Below, piece after piece: positions 39,619 to 53,179 of a DNA stretch of 64,000 nucleotides; within the stretch, counting starts at the first letter, position 1, and the number at the start of each line of letters is the position of its first letter. Position numbers and translations under genes: made by a program. The stretch comes from Lingula anatina (Eukaryota > Animalia > Brachiopoda), in contig CM120642.1 of the NCBI GenBank assembly GCA_051362555.1, positions 1,116,001-1,180,000 on the forward strand. Reading direction: 5' to 3'. The notes under the pieces are model-generated. The model was not told the DNA's origin and searched no databases. It saw nothing but the letters and a program-made list of their open reading frames with translations.

Positions 39619-40264
39619 TAAAAGTACTATGCTAGGACATTCTCAAAAATCATTTATCAGTAAAATTATTTCATTGACAAATTATACCTACTATCTCCCC
39701 TCATGTGAATGAATATTTTTTAGCTTGAAGACAATTTAAAGTTTTTCAATATTTTTAAATTTTAAAAAATGTGTCTACTAGTAGAAACCTAAGAATGTTA
39801 TTTTAATTTAAAAAAAATTATGTCCAGCATTACAAAATTGCTTTGTCATGCCGACACCCTTAAGCAAAAATAAAAAAAGAAAAGAAGACTTATTTCTTAT
39901 CACGGCTTGGCCTCAGTGTAATAAGAAGCACACAAACACAGATCAGGGACTAGTATATGGCCTGTCTTGGGCTCAGGTGGCGCGCTAATCGATCTGGGCA
40001 GGCGCACTATTGAAATCCAATATGTCGCTGTCTGGATGGGTTTACACGCTAATTTAAAGGAATTTTACTAGTTTGCAGCAAGAAAAAAGTACGTATGACT
40101 TAGTGATGATAAAACTTTTAATTCTGTGCTCAATTAGTAGAAGCCAGTGCTTTAGAAAGTCACTTATATTCTCCATACTTTATGAAAACACACACAATCC
40201 AGTCTGTTGTTAGGGAAGCAATGTTGAGGTACGTTCCATTAGTTCAGCATACCTGGAAGGTTTT

Positions 40265-40579
40265 GGGGCGGTTTCACCAAAAAACGAAAGTCGACAGTTG
40301 GTGTTAACTTTAAAACTGAAAACATTGGTCTATTTCAATGTAGTATAAATCTGTAGTGCCCCACTCAAGAGAAGTAATACTCATTCTAGAGCCTCAGTTA
40401 CACTGCACTAACAATGTTAGTAACACGCTTTTTAACTTCTGCAACATATTTTGGGACGCTTGATCAATTATTTATGCATTTTTTTTTTTTGGGGGGGGGG
40501 GGCAAAGTAGACCAGAGTCATCCTTCTCAAAGTTAAGACCAACCTCGTATCTTTTGAGAAAGTGATTGAAAGTGACCCC
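40265..40579. mobile_element. Old MITE-like element
   Basis: GGGGCGGTTTCA...GTTGGTGTTAACTTT is inverted against AAAGTTAAGACCAAC...TGAAAGTGACCCC. Confidence 0.45.
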
Positions 40580-40833
40580 TGTTTTAGACATCTTTTATTA
40601 ATTTTTTTGTCTCATCGTTAATTGTTAAATAAAAACCAGAATGAATGGAAGGGTTTCTTCGTATGTCCTAGTCAAACGGCTATTTGCTGGATCTTAAATT
40701 TTGCCTTTCTGCATATATTTGCGACATGCCCATTGCATTTTTATTTTATTTTCATAATTTGAAAATTAATTACACAGCCTATGTAAAGTAATAGTAATAT
40801 GAGTATATTTTCTATCACTACAGCAGCCAAGAG

Positions 40834-40929
40834 ATGAGCAGTGAAGATCAGCTCCAAGCATTGGTGCTGGACATCTACAGCCAAATCAAAGGCACTCCTC
40901 TGGAGCTGGAGCTATTTAAACAAGCACAG
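40834..40929 (+). CDS. TBC1D19: TBC1 domain family member 19, coding exon 1
   Basis: MSSEDQLQALVLDIYSQIKGTPLELELFKQAQ resembles the vertebrate TBC1D19 N-terminus. Upstream acceptor tacag|cag (NAGNAG) at 40823; donor CAG|GTGCTC; phase 0. Confidence 0.85.
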
Positions 40930-41267
40930 GTGCTCTTTTTTATTATCTTTCTATTACAAAGACATTGGCAGACCCAGGAGAGCAGGATGGGGGGGGGGGG
41001 GGGGGGGAGGCCCAGTATATTTTGAGCCTCCACCTTGCGATATTAGATAAGGTTTAATTTTAAAGTCCATTAAACACCCAGACATTCAGGCCAGCAGTTA
41101 TACGAAGTTAGCTGGTACTAAGGACCTTTTTGCTGCTCTTAAAATTGTTGCTGGTCCATTGAACACGATTTCCAGCAGGTCCTGAAATGCTTACATGTCA
41201 TGACTGGTAGGACCAGCTGTTTCTGCATTTTTGTGTTCCATTGAAGGGCTGGATATGTCATCTCTTG

Positions 41268-41270
<3 letters not shown>

Positions 41271-41334
<64 letters not shown>
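41271..41334. repeat. (TG)n microsatellite
   Basis: Seen directly. Confidence 0.95.
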
Positions 41335-41335
<1 letters not shown>

Positions 41336-41662
41336 TGGGAGGGTTACTGGATAGAGTCTGTTGCAAATATATCAGCTTAAATTAAGCGGTTTGGAATCAA
41401 TGCTTTTTCAACCTGGATAATCTCCAGCTGATTGCTTTTCATGTAAAGTCCTCAAGATGCACAATAAACATATCTTTGATATATTTAACAACCAACCTTG
41501 AAAAAGTGTAATTTCTAGTCAACCATTTGTAAAATGATTGTGTTCTTTAGTGGTTAATACCACAGTGTTCACATACTCTACCATAAAGCTAACTCCAGAT
41601 TGTTTTTCAAAGCTAAAATGTAATGCTCTTTAATGTAATGCTCTGTTTGATTCTTGTTCCAG

Positions 41663-41735
41663 ATAATATCTCACAACCCGCTGCTAAGGTCCTCAGAGCT
41701 CAAGCAAACTGTGATTGAAACCTTGTCAAAAAAAG
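41663..41735 (+). CDS. TBC1D19: TBC1D19 coding exon 2
   Basis: ttcttgttccag|IISHNPLLRSSELKQTVIETLSKK, G|GTATGA; 73 nt, phase 0->1. Confidence 0.85.
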
Positions 41736-42171
41736 GTATGAGTAACAAAACTGTTTAAGTCTTTATATTCATTGTCTTCCATTTTTTATCAAATGATAAG
41801 ATTTAGTCCATATGTCTACTAATGAGAGAACTTGATACCTTCTACAACTGTTGCTTCAGATCAGTAATTTCTGCAAATTCCTGGGATCCCAACCAAATTT
41901 TATACTAGGTGTATTCTGCATTTCTCTTGGCATATCACTCTGTCTGTTATTAAAAGATCAAGTTTAATCACAAGGACTTCCATCTATCTCTTACCTATAT
42001 TATATCATTAAGAAGTATCTGTCAGTGTTTGTGACAATACAGACATTATAAAATTTAATAAGCTGAATTGATATATTTTACTGCTTAAAATTAATTTATT
42101 TTATGATAAGCTTAACTAGCATTGTTATCTTACTTTGTGCAATTCTATTAATTAAAGCTTACATATTTCAG

Positions 42172-42293
42172 AACATGGCACTCAGCTCAAGAACACAGTG
42201 TACAAGTACTTACAGAAGCGCCCGGCTGTGCCCCACCCCAAGGCAGGACCAGAACACCTCAAAGAACCCCTGACCTACATCAGGAAGGCACAG
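42172..42293 (+). CDS. TBC1D19: TBC1D19 coding exon 3
   Basis: atttcag|EHGTQLKNTVYKYLQKRPAVPHPKAGPEHLKEPLTYIRKAQ|GTGCTT; matches the remembered TBC1D19 motif PEHLKEPLxYxRKAQ; 122 nt. Confidence 0.93.
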
Positions 42294-43497
42294 GTGCTTG
42301 GCAGTTCTGATAAAACACATGTACTAGCATATGTATGCAGCATTAATATTGGACCTGAAAAATATCCATTGTGTAGGAGGGTGTCTACAATACAGATCTG
42401 TCACTTTAGCATGCTTCCTGTCTTGTCCCCAAACATTAATAGCACTCATATTATTAACAACAGCATTTTGAGGTTAATCTATATTTTATCAATTTTGTCA
42501 TTAAGGCAAGTCTGCTGGCAATGTGTTTCTGTCTAAGTGTGATCAGTTTTATTATTTTGTATTTGACTTAAATGATTTTTGCACCAAAAATAAGGTTATT
42601 TTATGATAAGATTGGATAGATTTGCTTTCTAAATTTTTACAACATATGTGTGGATATTTGACTGGGGGTTACTTAATGGTAAACAGTTGAGGCAACAGAG
42701 GGGCAAAGTCAACATTGTTCTACAAGAATATTTACACGTGATGCAAGCTGTGGGCTTGATTGATCTTTAATATGGACCAATGCAGATTATGTTGCATGCT
42801 TTAGGAACATCATGCATAACAACAACATTCATGATTGGAAACAATAGGACTCTCTTGAACTTGTTTCAAATTCAGAAAATGAAGTAAAAACAGGGAAATT
42901 GGAATTCTTAGGTCAGATCATTTTTTTTTTTTTTGATCAAAATAAAGATTTGCTGACATTTGAACATAAATGGTATTAAGTCTACAAGATAATAAGTTAT
43001 TCTTGGTGAATTCAGGATGCGGGGGGGGGGGGGGGGGGGGGGGGGAGTTTTGACAGCTAGCCAGCCCCCTTCCCTTTCTCCCTCTATCCTCTCCTAAGTT
43101 AAAAGAAAAAAAAAATCAGGAATGCGTGGCTATAAAAACTAGCTCAAACCCAGTCACATTTCCTTTTTATTGGTCTGTGATTGTTTAATGTTCTTGTATC
43201 AGGGTACATGGCATTACAATGCAGAACATTAGATTGACTCTGGTTAATGCTCTCCATGCTGTGTGTTATATAACACTGCTGGGAGAACTGTTGCCAGTAG
43301 ACCAGGCTGCTGAGATAAGCACATGTAGCCTGTGGTGAGAGCAGCCAGTGGCTGGGGTTGTGGTTAATGGACTGGTAGATATGGCCTTGCTGTGCTCTAA
43401 CTGCTCTCCCAGGCCACCCAGTTTTCTACTGGAAGTCTAGTCCAGAGGGGGGGGTTTAGGGGAGAGTACAGTCTAGGACTACTAAATGGGGGTGTGA

Positions 43498-43685
43498 CCC
43501 CATTCCCAACACCTTAGGGTTAATACCTGACCCCCACCCCCTCCCACCAACCCCCTACCCCAGCCTCCAGTATATGTGGCCCCACTCCAACACCTTAGGG
43601 TTAACACCCCACTGCCACCCCCTCTCTACCCACCCCCACCCCCCCACCCCCACCCCCCTACCCACCACCCCCCTACCCCAGCCAC
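43498..43685 (+). repeat. C-rich duplicated low-complexity tract (G4/i-motif prone)
   Basis: CCAACACCTTAGGGTTAA occurs twice, each followed by CCCCA/CCCCTA runs. Confidence 0.7.
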
Positions 43686-44406
43686 TATTATATTTTGTTC
43701 TGTAAATTTTAGTATCAACATGCAGTGAAGAAACTGTACATGTAGAGTCATGTCACTGTAATGGCATAATTATCCTAAAGCATTCTCCTGAACCACAAGC
43801 AGAAACAGATCAATAAGAATTTGAAAAAACTCATTTGAAGTATGGATGTGTTTATCCCTGCTGTACATGTAAAACAACACAATTCTAGATATGACTAATG
43901 TTTGTTTTAGCTGTAAGGTGTATTAGACTGAAGTTAAGGGTTTCACATTACAGATTGTTATTTGTAAAGAATCTGCTTAAGAAAATACCTGATGGGGGAG
44001 GGGGGGGGGTTAAGACAGCACCTCCAGTTTTTTTGTTGTTATTTTAAGTTTCGGGCATTAAGTGATCAGTTCAAACATGGTGTAATATTTGAGTAGTTTT
44101 GTCATTATAATACAAACATTCATGCTCTCAAAAATCGAAATTTTTCCTTGTTGCATTATATAATTTAAGTGTACCAAAAGTAATGGAATGAAGATATGTT
44201 TAATGTTGGAATTTTTAAATAAATGATGTGTTAGAGTTTTGACTAATATTAATACATGCAATAATCTTTCAGAACTATGGTTGCTGTTTTTTATTGTAAG
44301 ATGTTGCTATAACTGTTAACACTAAGTATGGGGATTTTAGAAAATCTCTGTAAAAAAGGTCAGAATGGTAGTTTTAACGTCTAATTTGAATGTCTATTTC
44401 TTTCAG

Positions 44407-44481
44407 AGCAATTGGGATAAACGTATTGTGAAAAGTTTAAACAGCATGTGCACTGAGTTAGGAGTCCCTCTCGCAAGAAAG
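44407..44481 (+). CDS. TBC1D19: TBC1D19 coding exon 4
   Basis: tttctttcag|SNWDKRIVKSLNSMCTELGVPLARK|GTAGAG; near-identical to TBC1D19 WEKRILKSLNSMCTELSIPLARK; 75 nt. Confidence 0.95.
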
Positions 44482-44731
44482 GTAGAGAATTCTCATAGGA
44501 TACCGTCAGAAATATTTCCACAAGTTCTTTTGGGTAAACAAATAACATTAGAAATAGTTTTTGGGATACTGTAATAGTAGGCATTTTTTTAGTTCAAATA
44601 CCACGATACTTCGATTGATGTTGGGAGTACACAACAATTATTACTGAAACTAGATACTTTAAACCCAACAGCCATTTTCTGTTTGGATTAATTGATTACT
44701 TTAATTAAATAATATATTTATTTATTTGTAG

Positions 44732-44795
44732 AGAAGTGAGAAGGATCAAAAAGAAGTTATTGTACATTGGGGAGAGCTGGGGACAGCTGCTCCTG
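44732..44795 (+). CDS. TBC1D19: TBC1D19 coding exon 5
   Basis: tttgtag|RSEKDQKEVIVHWGELGTAAP, G|GTGAGT; 64 nt, phase 0->1. Confidence 0.9.
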
Positions 44796-45872
44796 GTGAG
44801 TTTTAACTTTGGATTTAATTTTTTTTCTGGTACTGATTCCCTTAAAACTAGGGTTGGTCTTGTTCATTAAACAACTTTAGCTAACCTAACTTTGATATTT
44901 GATGTATCTAAGTACAATCAATTGGAACAATAACATGTTTTGTGTTAATACAATCCTTTTCCTTTATTTCTTGAAACTTTTGAACGATATCTGGTCTTTA
45001 TACATTTGATATAGTTTACTGTATATTGGATAATGACATCTTGGGAATTTGCTTTGGTGGTTGTTTGAATTGCTAAACTAACTTTTTTTTACGCGGATTC
45101 TGTTATATCAGGGGTATTATGAACATTTACATAGTTTAGGTAATATGTGATATCCGAATCATGTGTGAAATGTGAAATTCAGAGATCTAATTTTGGTTAA
45201 AATATGCAGATGTTGTCAGCTGTTTTATGGGTAAGATGGGGTTTGAAAGAGATTGCAGTTATTTTTGGTTTCAAAGGCAGATTTCTGAAGTGTTTATGTA
45301 TTTGTGTATACTGATTTTTGATATTTATTTATTTTTACTTTTATATGTGTTCTGTTTTTATAAGGTCTCTTAATTGGTGAATAAGTGAAAACTTGCTGAT
45401 AATTTAATTTAATTAAATATCTATAATTGACAGTAGTAAGTGGTGTCATCCTAAAATATTTCATTGAAGGATATAATATGATTGAAATTATCATAATCTC
45501 AGCCACTGGGAATTTTAACACATACCTTTTATTAGTTTTTGATGCAGTGCTATCTGGGTGTGTCACTGTAATTAGTGTTTAAGACCATAATTTTGTTTTA
45601 TTAAAAAGCAGCTTCTTTTTCTATTTCACAAGTTCAAAGAGACCAGTGTGTTCTACTAGTTGTAATTAATTGAATCAGCAGTTTAGAAAGTGCATGTTTT
45701 GACAAAGCATCATCCATGAATAATTCCCAATATAGGTTAAAACCTAGGAGTTCATGTTTAGTATTGATCAAGGAGCAGTTCTAAGATGTATAAATCAAAG
45801 TAATGATTTTCCACCTCCTGTATCAACATAGTACAGTGTTATAAAAACAAGTTGATCTACTTTCACTTTCAG

Positions 45873-45969
45873 ATTTGAGTGCTTTCCGCCCAGTGTATGC
45901 CCCTAAAGATTTCCTGGAGGTGTTAGTGGGGCTGAGGAACCCTAATGCCCACAGCGGGGAGCCTAGCAG
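45873..45969 (+). CDS. TBC1D19: TBC1D19 coding exon 6
   Basis: actttcag|DLSAFRPVYAPKDFLEVLVGLRNPNAHSGEPS, AG|GTCAGT; conserved FRPVYAPKDFLEVL; 97 nt, phase 1->2. Confidence 0.95.
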
Positions 45970-47176
45970 GTCAGTTAGTGGTCACTTATTAGTGGTCAGC
46001 AGTGTTCTTGACCCTTTCACCATCAAGCAGTACACTTAACTGGACAGGTCCACTTTCACAGACTGACAGTTCCATATCCCGGCTACTACCTAAGATGCCC
46101 CCCCCCCAACTGTACATGGCCAAATGACCAAATAGTTAATTTCTGCCCAAACAGTAATCAGCAGACTTGCAAAAATCTTGTAAACTTTGTGAGCCAGTGA
46201 GAAGGTTTTACCAGCTGGTTCATGGATGACAGTTGCACCAAAAAGAGCCAACTCAACCTGTATGTAACCACGCCACACAGGTCACCACAGTGTCACAACC
46301 CTCAGTGCCAGGTTTCATATCCCCTGCATTTAAAATGGAGATTGATGTGTAAATGCCACATATAACAGTGCCACCCTTCAATTTCTCTATACACAAGGGT
46401 CTCTTTAGAAATCACTTTGTAAGTCAATCTCTATGACACTGCAGTGTCAGAATTCAGTTGTTGCCAAATGGAAGTAATGTGGATAGTTTTGGTTTCAACC
46501 CTTCCCTGGTAACTTTTACCATCAATGTTGAAATGACTCTGGTGTTTTTATTGGATTTGGTATCAGAAATATAATCCATCTTTTGGTGTATTTTTTATTA
46601 TTGGAATTTGATGGCATTCTGAAGGGTTATGGGAAGATGAGGAAATTGAGAGTTAGATTTTGTGGTAAATGTATAATTTCATGATTGTCTCAGAATTTGA
46701 TTATGTAGGAAATGTATTTTTTGGAAGGTTTTACATAAGTGCCTGTAGGGCTTCAAGCACAAATGATAAGACAAGGTCAGTTACTTAGTCTTTAGAAGTC
46801 ACTATAGTTTGATTGGATTCCCATTGTACAGGAGTCCAATGTTTTAGGTCAGACTCAGATAAAATTTATTTTAAAAGAATAATATAAAGATTCAAAAGAT
46901 TTATTCTTCATTTTATTTATAATTGGCTTCAATGTTTTGTAAAGCAGTACAAGCCACTAAGATTCCACATTAGATTACTAAGATTTTTTTATATCAAGAG
47001 ACATGACTTTTATCTTGGGAGTCTGTTTCTTGATACTAATGTGAGCTGTAGTCAATTTCACAACATTTTTTTCCAAAGATTTATCCCACAGATAGCCCAG
47101 TCACTCAGAAGAGATTGTCTTTGATTAAAATTGATTATCATTTCTTCAGTTTGTGATTAATGTTTTATTTTTTCAG

Positions 47177-47237
47177 TTTTTCCTCACTGTGGGGGATCAT
47201 CCAAGTTCCCCTTAGAATTAGGAGTATAATGGAACTG
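47177..47237 (+). CDS. TBC1D19: TBC1D19 coding exon 7
   Basis: tttttttcag|SFSSLWGIIQVPLRIRSIMEL|GTAAGT; conserved GxIQVPL; 61 nt, phase 2->0. Confidence 0.93.
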
Positions 47238-50200
47238 GTAAGTACACACTTAGGATGCTTTCCCCATAAAACTAGTCTTCTACCAAGATGGATAATTTTA
47301 TTGGGCACCTGCCCACAGTGTTTGAATTATCTCTTTCCTCTGTCAGTGAGGGAAATGTTTTCATGAACATTGGTTTGTTTGGCAGACATCTTCAGATGTT
47401 CTTCTCAAATTTTGATGAAATTACCAAGATAGACAATTATTCAGGAGGGAAAAAAGTAATTGCAATTTCTTATATTTTTAAAAAGATTTTTAGTGTCTTT
47501 TTTCGCTGGCAGTCTGCACTCTAGGGGTGTTCTCAAGTTATACATCTACCTGAAGCCAGGCAGCCACCTAGCTGTCTTTTGGATCCTCTCTTTCAAAGTT
47601 CTGGCTAAACTACTGATGTGAAGACACTCCCAGTTAAAGAAAGTTCTTCCCAAATACTTCAGAATAGAAATGTCCCTAGAAATGACCTGGTGTAAAAACA
47701 TGACAGGATTATTGCTTGAGATTATTGCTTATTGCTTGAGTTAATTCTGTGCAGCACAGAGAATACAATACCCATTATATATATATATATATATAATTAG
47801 TGTGGCTTGGAAATAATCCATTTGACCCCAGTGTGTGTGTATCTTGATGTTGTGTGGTGATATGGTGTACAGTTATATATCAGTATTACAATATCCATGC
47901 AGGAAATTAAACATATTTGACTTCTTGGGTTTCAGCAAAGCTTTTGATAGGTAATTGTTATATGTTGTTGTGTTGCCAGACAGTTTAAGGACTAGGAAAC
48001 AGAATTATGATGTTAAATTAATCATCCAGTTATATGAGATAAGCAATTTCAAAACTGTCAAACAGAATTTTGTAAAAGTTGTTGTTCATAAAAGATGCTT
48101 AGCAGGCATTAAATAACATGTGATATGATATAACAAGTGATATGAGGTGCTTTTCCTCAACTTTTCAGCCCCATTCATTTAAACTTATATAGCATGCTTT
48201 TATGTTTTTTTGTTGTTTTTTTTGTTTTTTTTTTGAATATACGTTATTTATTTGTATTCTGTTTTTAAAAGGATTTGATTTAATACAAAAGTAAAATTGG
48301 TATTGCTGAGTCTGCCTCTATGATGACCATGTAAAACATTTCATAAAGCTTAATCTCAAAATTTAATATAATTATTTTAAGTTTTATATTTTAAATTAAT
48401 AACCTAATGGCTCAAGAATGTCAGGCACAATTCATATAGTAAAGATGACAAATGACTACAAAATGAAAAATTTAAACTTGCCGAGAGTGCAGACTTTTAT
48501 TTAATTGATTGGTTGGTTGATTAAACAAATGATCACCAATGGAAGTTATCAAATTTCTGAAAGTTTTATCCAAATCCATCCATAACACTTTGAGTTGGGT
48601 TGTTCACAAACAAAACCAAGAAAGGCAATCAGTGAACCTCCGTGGAGATTAATGGAAATAAAACTGCAGGTTGGGATGACCCATGAGAACAACGCTGATG
48701 TCAAACGCATTAATGCATTTTGTATCGCTGACTTTGTTATCTAATAAGAGAAGCTGTAGGAAGCCCCAGTCCTATAATTGGAGTAAAGGGGAGAAAAAAT
48801 AACCTCCAGTTTTAGTTCACGCTTACTTTACCAAGTAATCAGAAAAGCTGATTGTTGTGGAAATATGCATATATATATTTAAAAAAAAACATAGAAATTA
48901 GACCAAAAAATTAGAAAATCTGACTAAGCTGAACTTCATTGAAAGCCATACTCTCATACTGCCACCTGTATCACACAACATATTGAATTAAATTTAAATA
49001 CGTAGATGCTGTAACAACTGCAACATAAAATGAAAATTATTTTATAAACAGTAAAATAATGCGAACTGTATTTTCATCAAACCTCTGCTTTAATTACAAA
49101 CCTAACACCTGCAAAGAAAAAAAAAGATGATAAGGAAAAACAAGAGCACATTAAGCCACACATACCTTTGGATCAGACAAAAACTGTCACCAGTGAATAA
49201 ATTTGTCCAACTATTTTCACATTGAAAGTCCCACCATTTCCCTAATCTGCGGTAATTTGTTTCATGGATCAGAGCACTTCCCACTGTGCTGGTTGTGGTT
49301 TGAACTGGTTGATTGTTTTACCCCTCGCAGCCTTTTATATCTTCATCTCTCCTGCATACGTCAGTTCTGATTACCACTCGGGTTTTGGTTACATGATTGG
49401 ATTTACCTATCCCTGTGGAAAAATCCCCTTGCAAGGCATAGTTTTCATCCGTATGTACGTGTGCAGGACCTGCCTCCGTTAGCTTGCAATCACAAATGTT
49501 GGCCTAGAACTTGAGCTTAGAAAAGAATTCCCATTAAAGAAGCAGCTTAAGTTAGCTATTTCATGGTACATTTGTATAATCTTGCAATAGATTTTTGTGC
49601 ACTTAGCAAAGTGGAGGCCGATCCTGCAGACAAGGTATTGGTTTTCTTCAGGCACGATTTGGAGTGAGGTTCAATTTTTAGAATTCTTAGAATTTTTTAT
49701 AATGGTCTTGCTTGATGTTTATATTTTGTATGTTGTGTTGGCCATGTTAAGTCTGATCATTTAGCACACGCTGCTATTTCATCCTGTAGCGTGTAATTAG
49801 ACTATTTGATGCACATTAAACAAGCAAGTTTCAGCATGGGGTAAAGCAATCATGTGCATGACACTTGTAAATACCTCACTGGAATGTTATCGAGTAATGG
49901 GCATGACACAAATTTTTTCGTAGAATTTTTGAAAACTTTTTTGCAACAAAGTGAATTCCCACACTGAGATAAGTTTTAAAAGTAGTTGAAGAGTTGTGTG
50001 TATTTCAGGGAATTTCTTTTTTTCCCCTGAAAACAGCGGAGTGAATTCTAGGTATTTCCTGCAAAAGACCTGTAACATTTTAAAAAGACATCTTTTAAAC
50101 GGTTTCCGGGAAGAAAGCAGCCAAATGTCAGATAGAACATAAATTACATAATACATTTCTTCAGGATAATCAGGAGGCAATGAGTTTAGTGAAACTAGAA

Positions 50201-52446
50201 AAGTAATAAATCTTAAGTGAATATGACATTTTGAGTAAGATTATTTTGATCATCACCCATAAGGCGTACTGTGTACATGAAGATCTCGGCTGATAATGTC
50301 GTAGAAATTCAGAAATACTATGTAGAGCATTTTCTCAGAAATTCTAGGATTTTTTCAATTATACCAGGTGAAACATTGCCCCCCCCCCCATCCCCATTCA
50401 AACCATGACATCAAGTATAATGAATTAACAATGTTATAAATATAAATATTAATTGTAATTATGTAATATTTTCAGCAACTTCTGAAGAACATCTTTTTGA
50501 ACATTTTGATAAACTATTTATGAATGTAATTAAATTTTATAATTTTGGTATAATTTCACATAATTTTAGAACATTTCCAAGCAGACCAAAGTGGATGAGT
50601 GTTCAGTGCCAGTGTAAATAACTTCAACTCATATCTTGGTATCAGTAAATCAGCCCTGCATAAAAACAATAACTATAGGTCATTTATTTGTTTGTTTATT
50701 TATTTGTTTACAATGCTATCATGTTATCTTTGAGGAATTTTGGGAAAAGAAAACCAAACATTCTTCCTCCAGACCTCACTGCCACTTTCTTCAAAACACC
50801 TCATTCTTTTGGACAGATATCTGAAAATGGGTTTGTTTATGGTTTTAATTTACTTACTGGATTACTGATTTCTTCCTAATCCTTCTTCATTACTAAGAAG
50901 TGTTCATTAATCACAGTCGCAATTAAACCATGAACTTGAAAGTAACGTGATAGATTCTCTTCTACTCTCAAAACTTTGAAAAAAAGTTAATTGCTTGGAC
51001 ACATGCTGTGCTGTAACAAGCTTGATTTCAGTCAACAACTTTGTGCCAAAGTTTATACAGTTTATTTTGATGCAGGTGTAATTGAAATAATTATAGTTTG
51101 CATATGCCTGTACTACTACGTACCTGTAGCAACATATATCTGACAAGAAAAATCAGCACCAATGTTAATCTTATATACCTGTTAGCTTTATGGAATTTTT
51201 GGGAGAAAACATTAAAGGTCTGATTTCTTTCCTTTCCTTGCCCTTTATAAACCAAAGACTCTTATTGCCATACAAGTCATAACAGTCCCTTCTTGAGGGA
51301 TGATATACAAATATCAGGTGAACGTATTTTAGGACATCTATTGTAGTGACCAACCCTATCAAATAAAGCTCCAACTGTTCATTTTCCTTCAGAGAAGAGC
51401 AGAAACACATCCATCAGATCTAGTATTCAGACAGAGCATCATGGCAGATAATGAGGGTTAGTGCTCTTTAACTTGGTGTGATTAGGACGACAAATTAAAA
51501 GATTCCAGGTTAATTGAGTTAATTGTAGAGATTAATTGAATTTGAATTGCAGTGGTGTTTGGAACATCATATCTCCTTGGCTGTAAATTAACACCCAATT
51601 TAGCCTCATTATTCACTGAGAGTGAGTGCTACCTGCTCTCTTCTGGAAGCTGGTATATCCCGTTACGTACCAATAGGGGGAGGAGAAGGGGAGGAGGAGA
51701 GAGGGGGGGGAGGCACTGGGGCATCTTCATCTTCGGCAATGTATTTGGCTGTTTTTCATGGGGAGAAATAATAGTCAGAAAATAATTAGTTTTAACTATT
51801 TTATCAGCGTTCCAACAGAGCTAAATTCAATGGTAACAGGAGTTTCAAGTCGACATTAATATTTCATGGTTTCCCTTAATGAACAAGTTTGGTGTTAGTG
51901 AACAACAATGACAACGTAGACAGTACATTGTGGATAAGACACAGTCCAGTCACTTCCTAACACTTCACTGTGATCCAAATGTTATTTATACAAACTGCTG
52001 ATTCTGATTTTGCCTGGCATAATCACTAAAAAAAAGAATAAAATTTAAAATGAGAGAGAAATAAGAAATCACCAACTTAAATGGTCACTTTAAAGGGCTT
52101 TACAGAATACAGATCTAGGTCCAGTCCTGTAGATAATATACTATTAGTCACTTTAGCTGATATCTACAAAACAACAGACAGGCCTGTGAGGAATTATTTT
52201 GTTAACTCATTTTGAGGAAAATATTCTACATCTATTAAAAATTTATGATCAGAACATCAAGTTTAAACAAGGTAATTCAGTAATCTATATAGCATTGTAT
52301 CTTGTCAGTGCATATAGTGAGAACTATAAAAGTTTGGTTGCATTCTTAACTTTTTAACTTGAGAGACTTCAACAATGGAGATTTGTTCTATAGTGAATTA
52401 AGCCTTAGAAATGTCTAGTCTAATTTGTATCTTTATTCCTAAGATA

Positions 52447-52690
52447 AGTGTATATTTCCTAATCTGATGTTATTGTTAAAATTTGTTTTTCATTCTAGAT
52501 AAATCAGTAAGCTTTGAACTGAAACATGAAACAGTCTAAAAATATATCACCACAAAAGTCCATAATTCACTCAGGTTTTACATTGATTTTCCTCTAAAAA
52601 AAGTGTATGATATTATTTCCTCTCATCTGGTGTTATTGTGAAAATTTGTTTTACATTCTGGATAAGTGAGGAAGCTCTGAGCTGAAACAC
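52447..52690 (+). repeat. Diverged tandem duplication (period about 164 bp)
   Basis: TCTG.TGTTATTGT.AAAATTTGTTTT.CATTCT.GATAA...CTGAAACA at about 52463 and about 52627. Confidence 0.75.
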
Positions 52691-53134
52691 CCATAAAATA
52701 AACTGCAACAAAACTACATAAATCACTAAAAGAGCATGTTCAAGTTGTGTTGATTATATGTGATAAATGTTGCTGCGCGTCTCGGATGTCAATTTTTATC
52801 CCATTTCTTCATAACTGGCTGACAACCCGCGAACATCTGGTAGCTCCACAGTACAAATCAATTACTGTGATTGCTCTTTGGCAGTAATCTCCGACCTTCT
52901 GAGGACAGACGATGTGTCTGTAGATAATATGTCCATCTTTTCCACAGTACTGAATAGCACTCAACCTTTGGGAAACTCACCTCTGAGAAACTCGTCCAAA
53001 CCGTTCCATTATGTTTTGAATGGCAAAATGGCATTTGAGTTTAAAATGTGTAAAAATGTGAACTATTTCTCAAACAGCAACATTTACATGTATTCTCTTT
53101 CTATGTCAGACATGCATGCACACACATGCACCTG

Positions 53135-53138
<4 letters not shown>

Positions 53139-53177
<39 letters not shown>
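53139..53177. repeat. (CA)n microsatellite
   Basis: Seen directly. Confidence 0.95.

Positions 53178-53179
<2 letters not shown>

Noticed and set aside
39940-40100. Alternative TBC1D19 first exon near GGCGCGC...CAATATGTCG
   Set aside because: Weak donor and no in-frame ORF; could be a repeat fragment, so not called.
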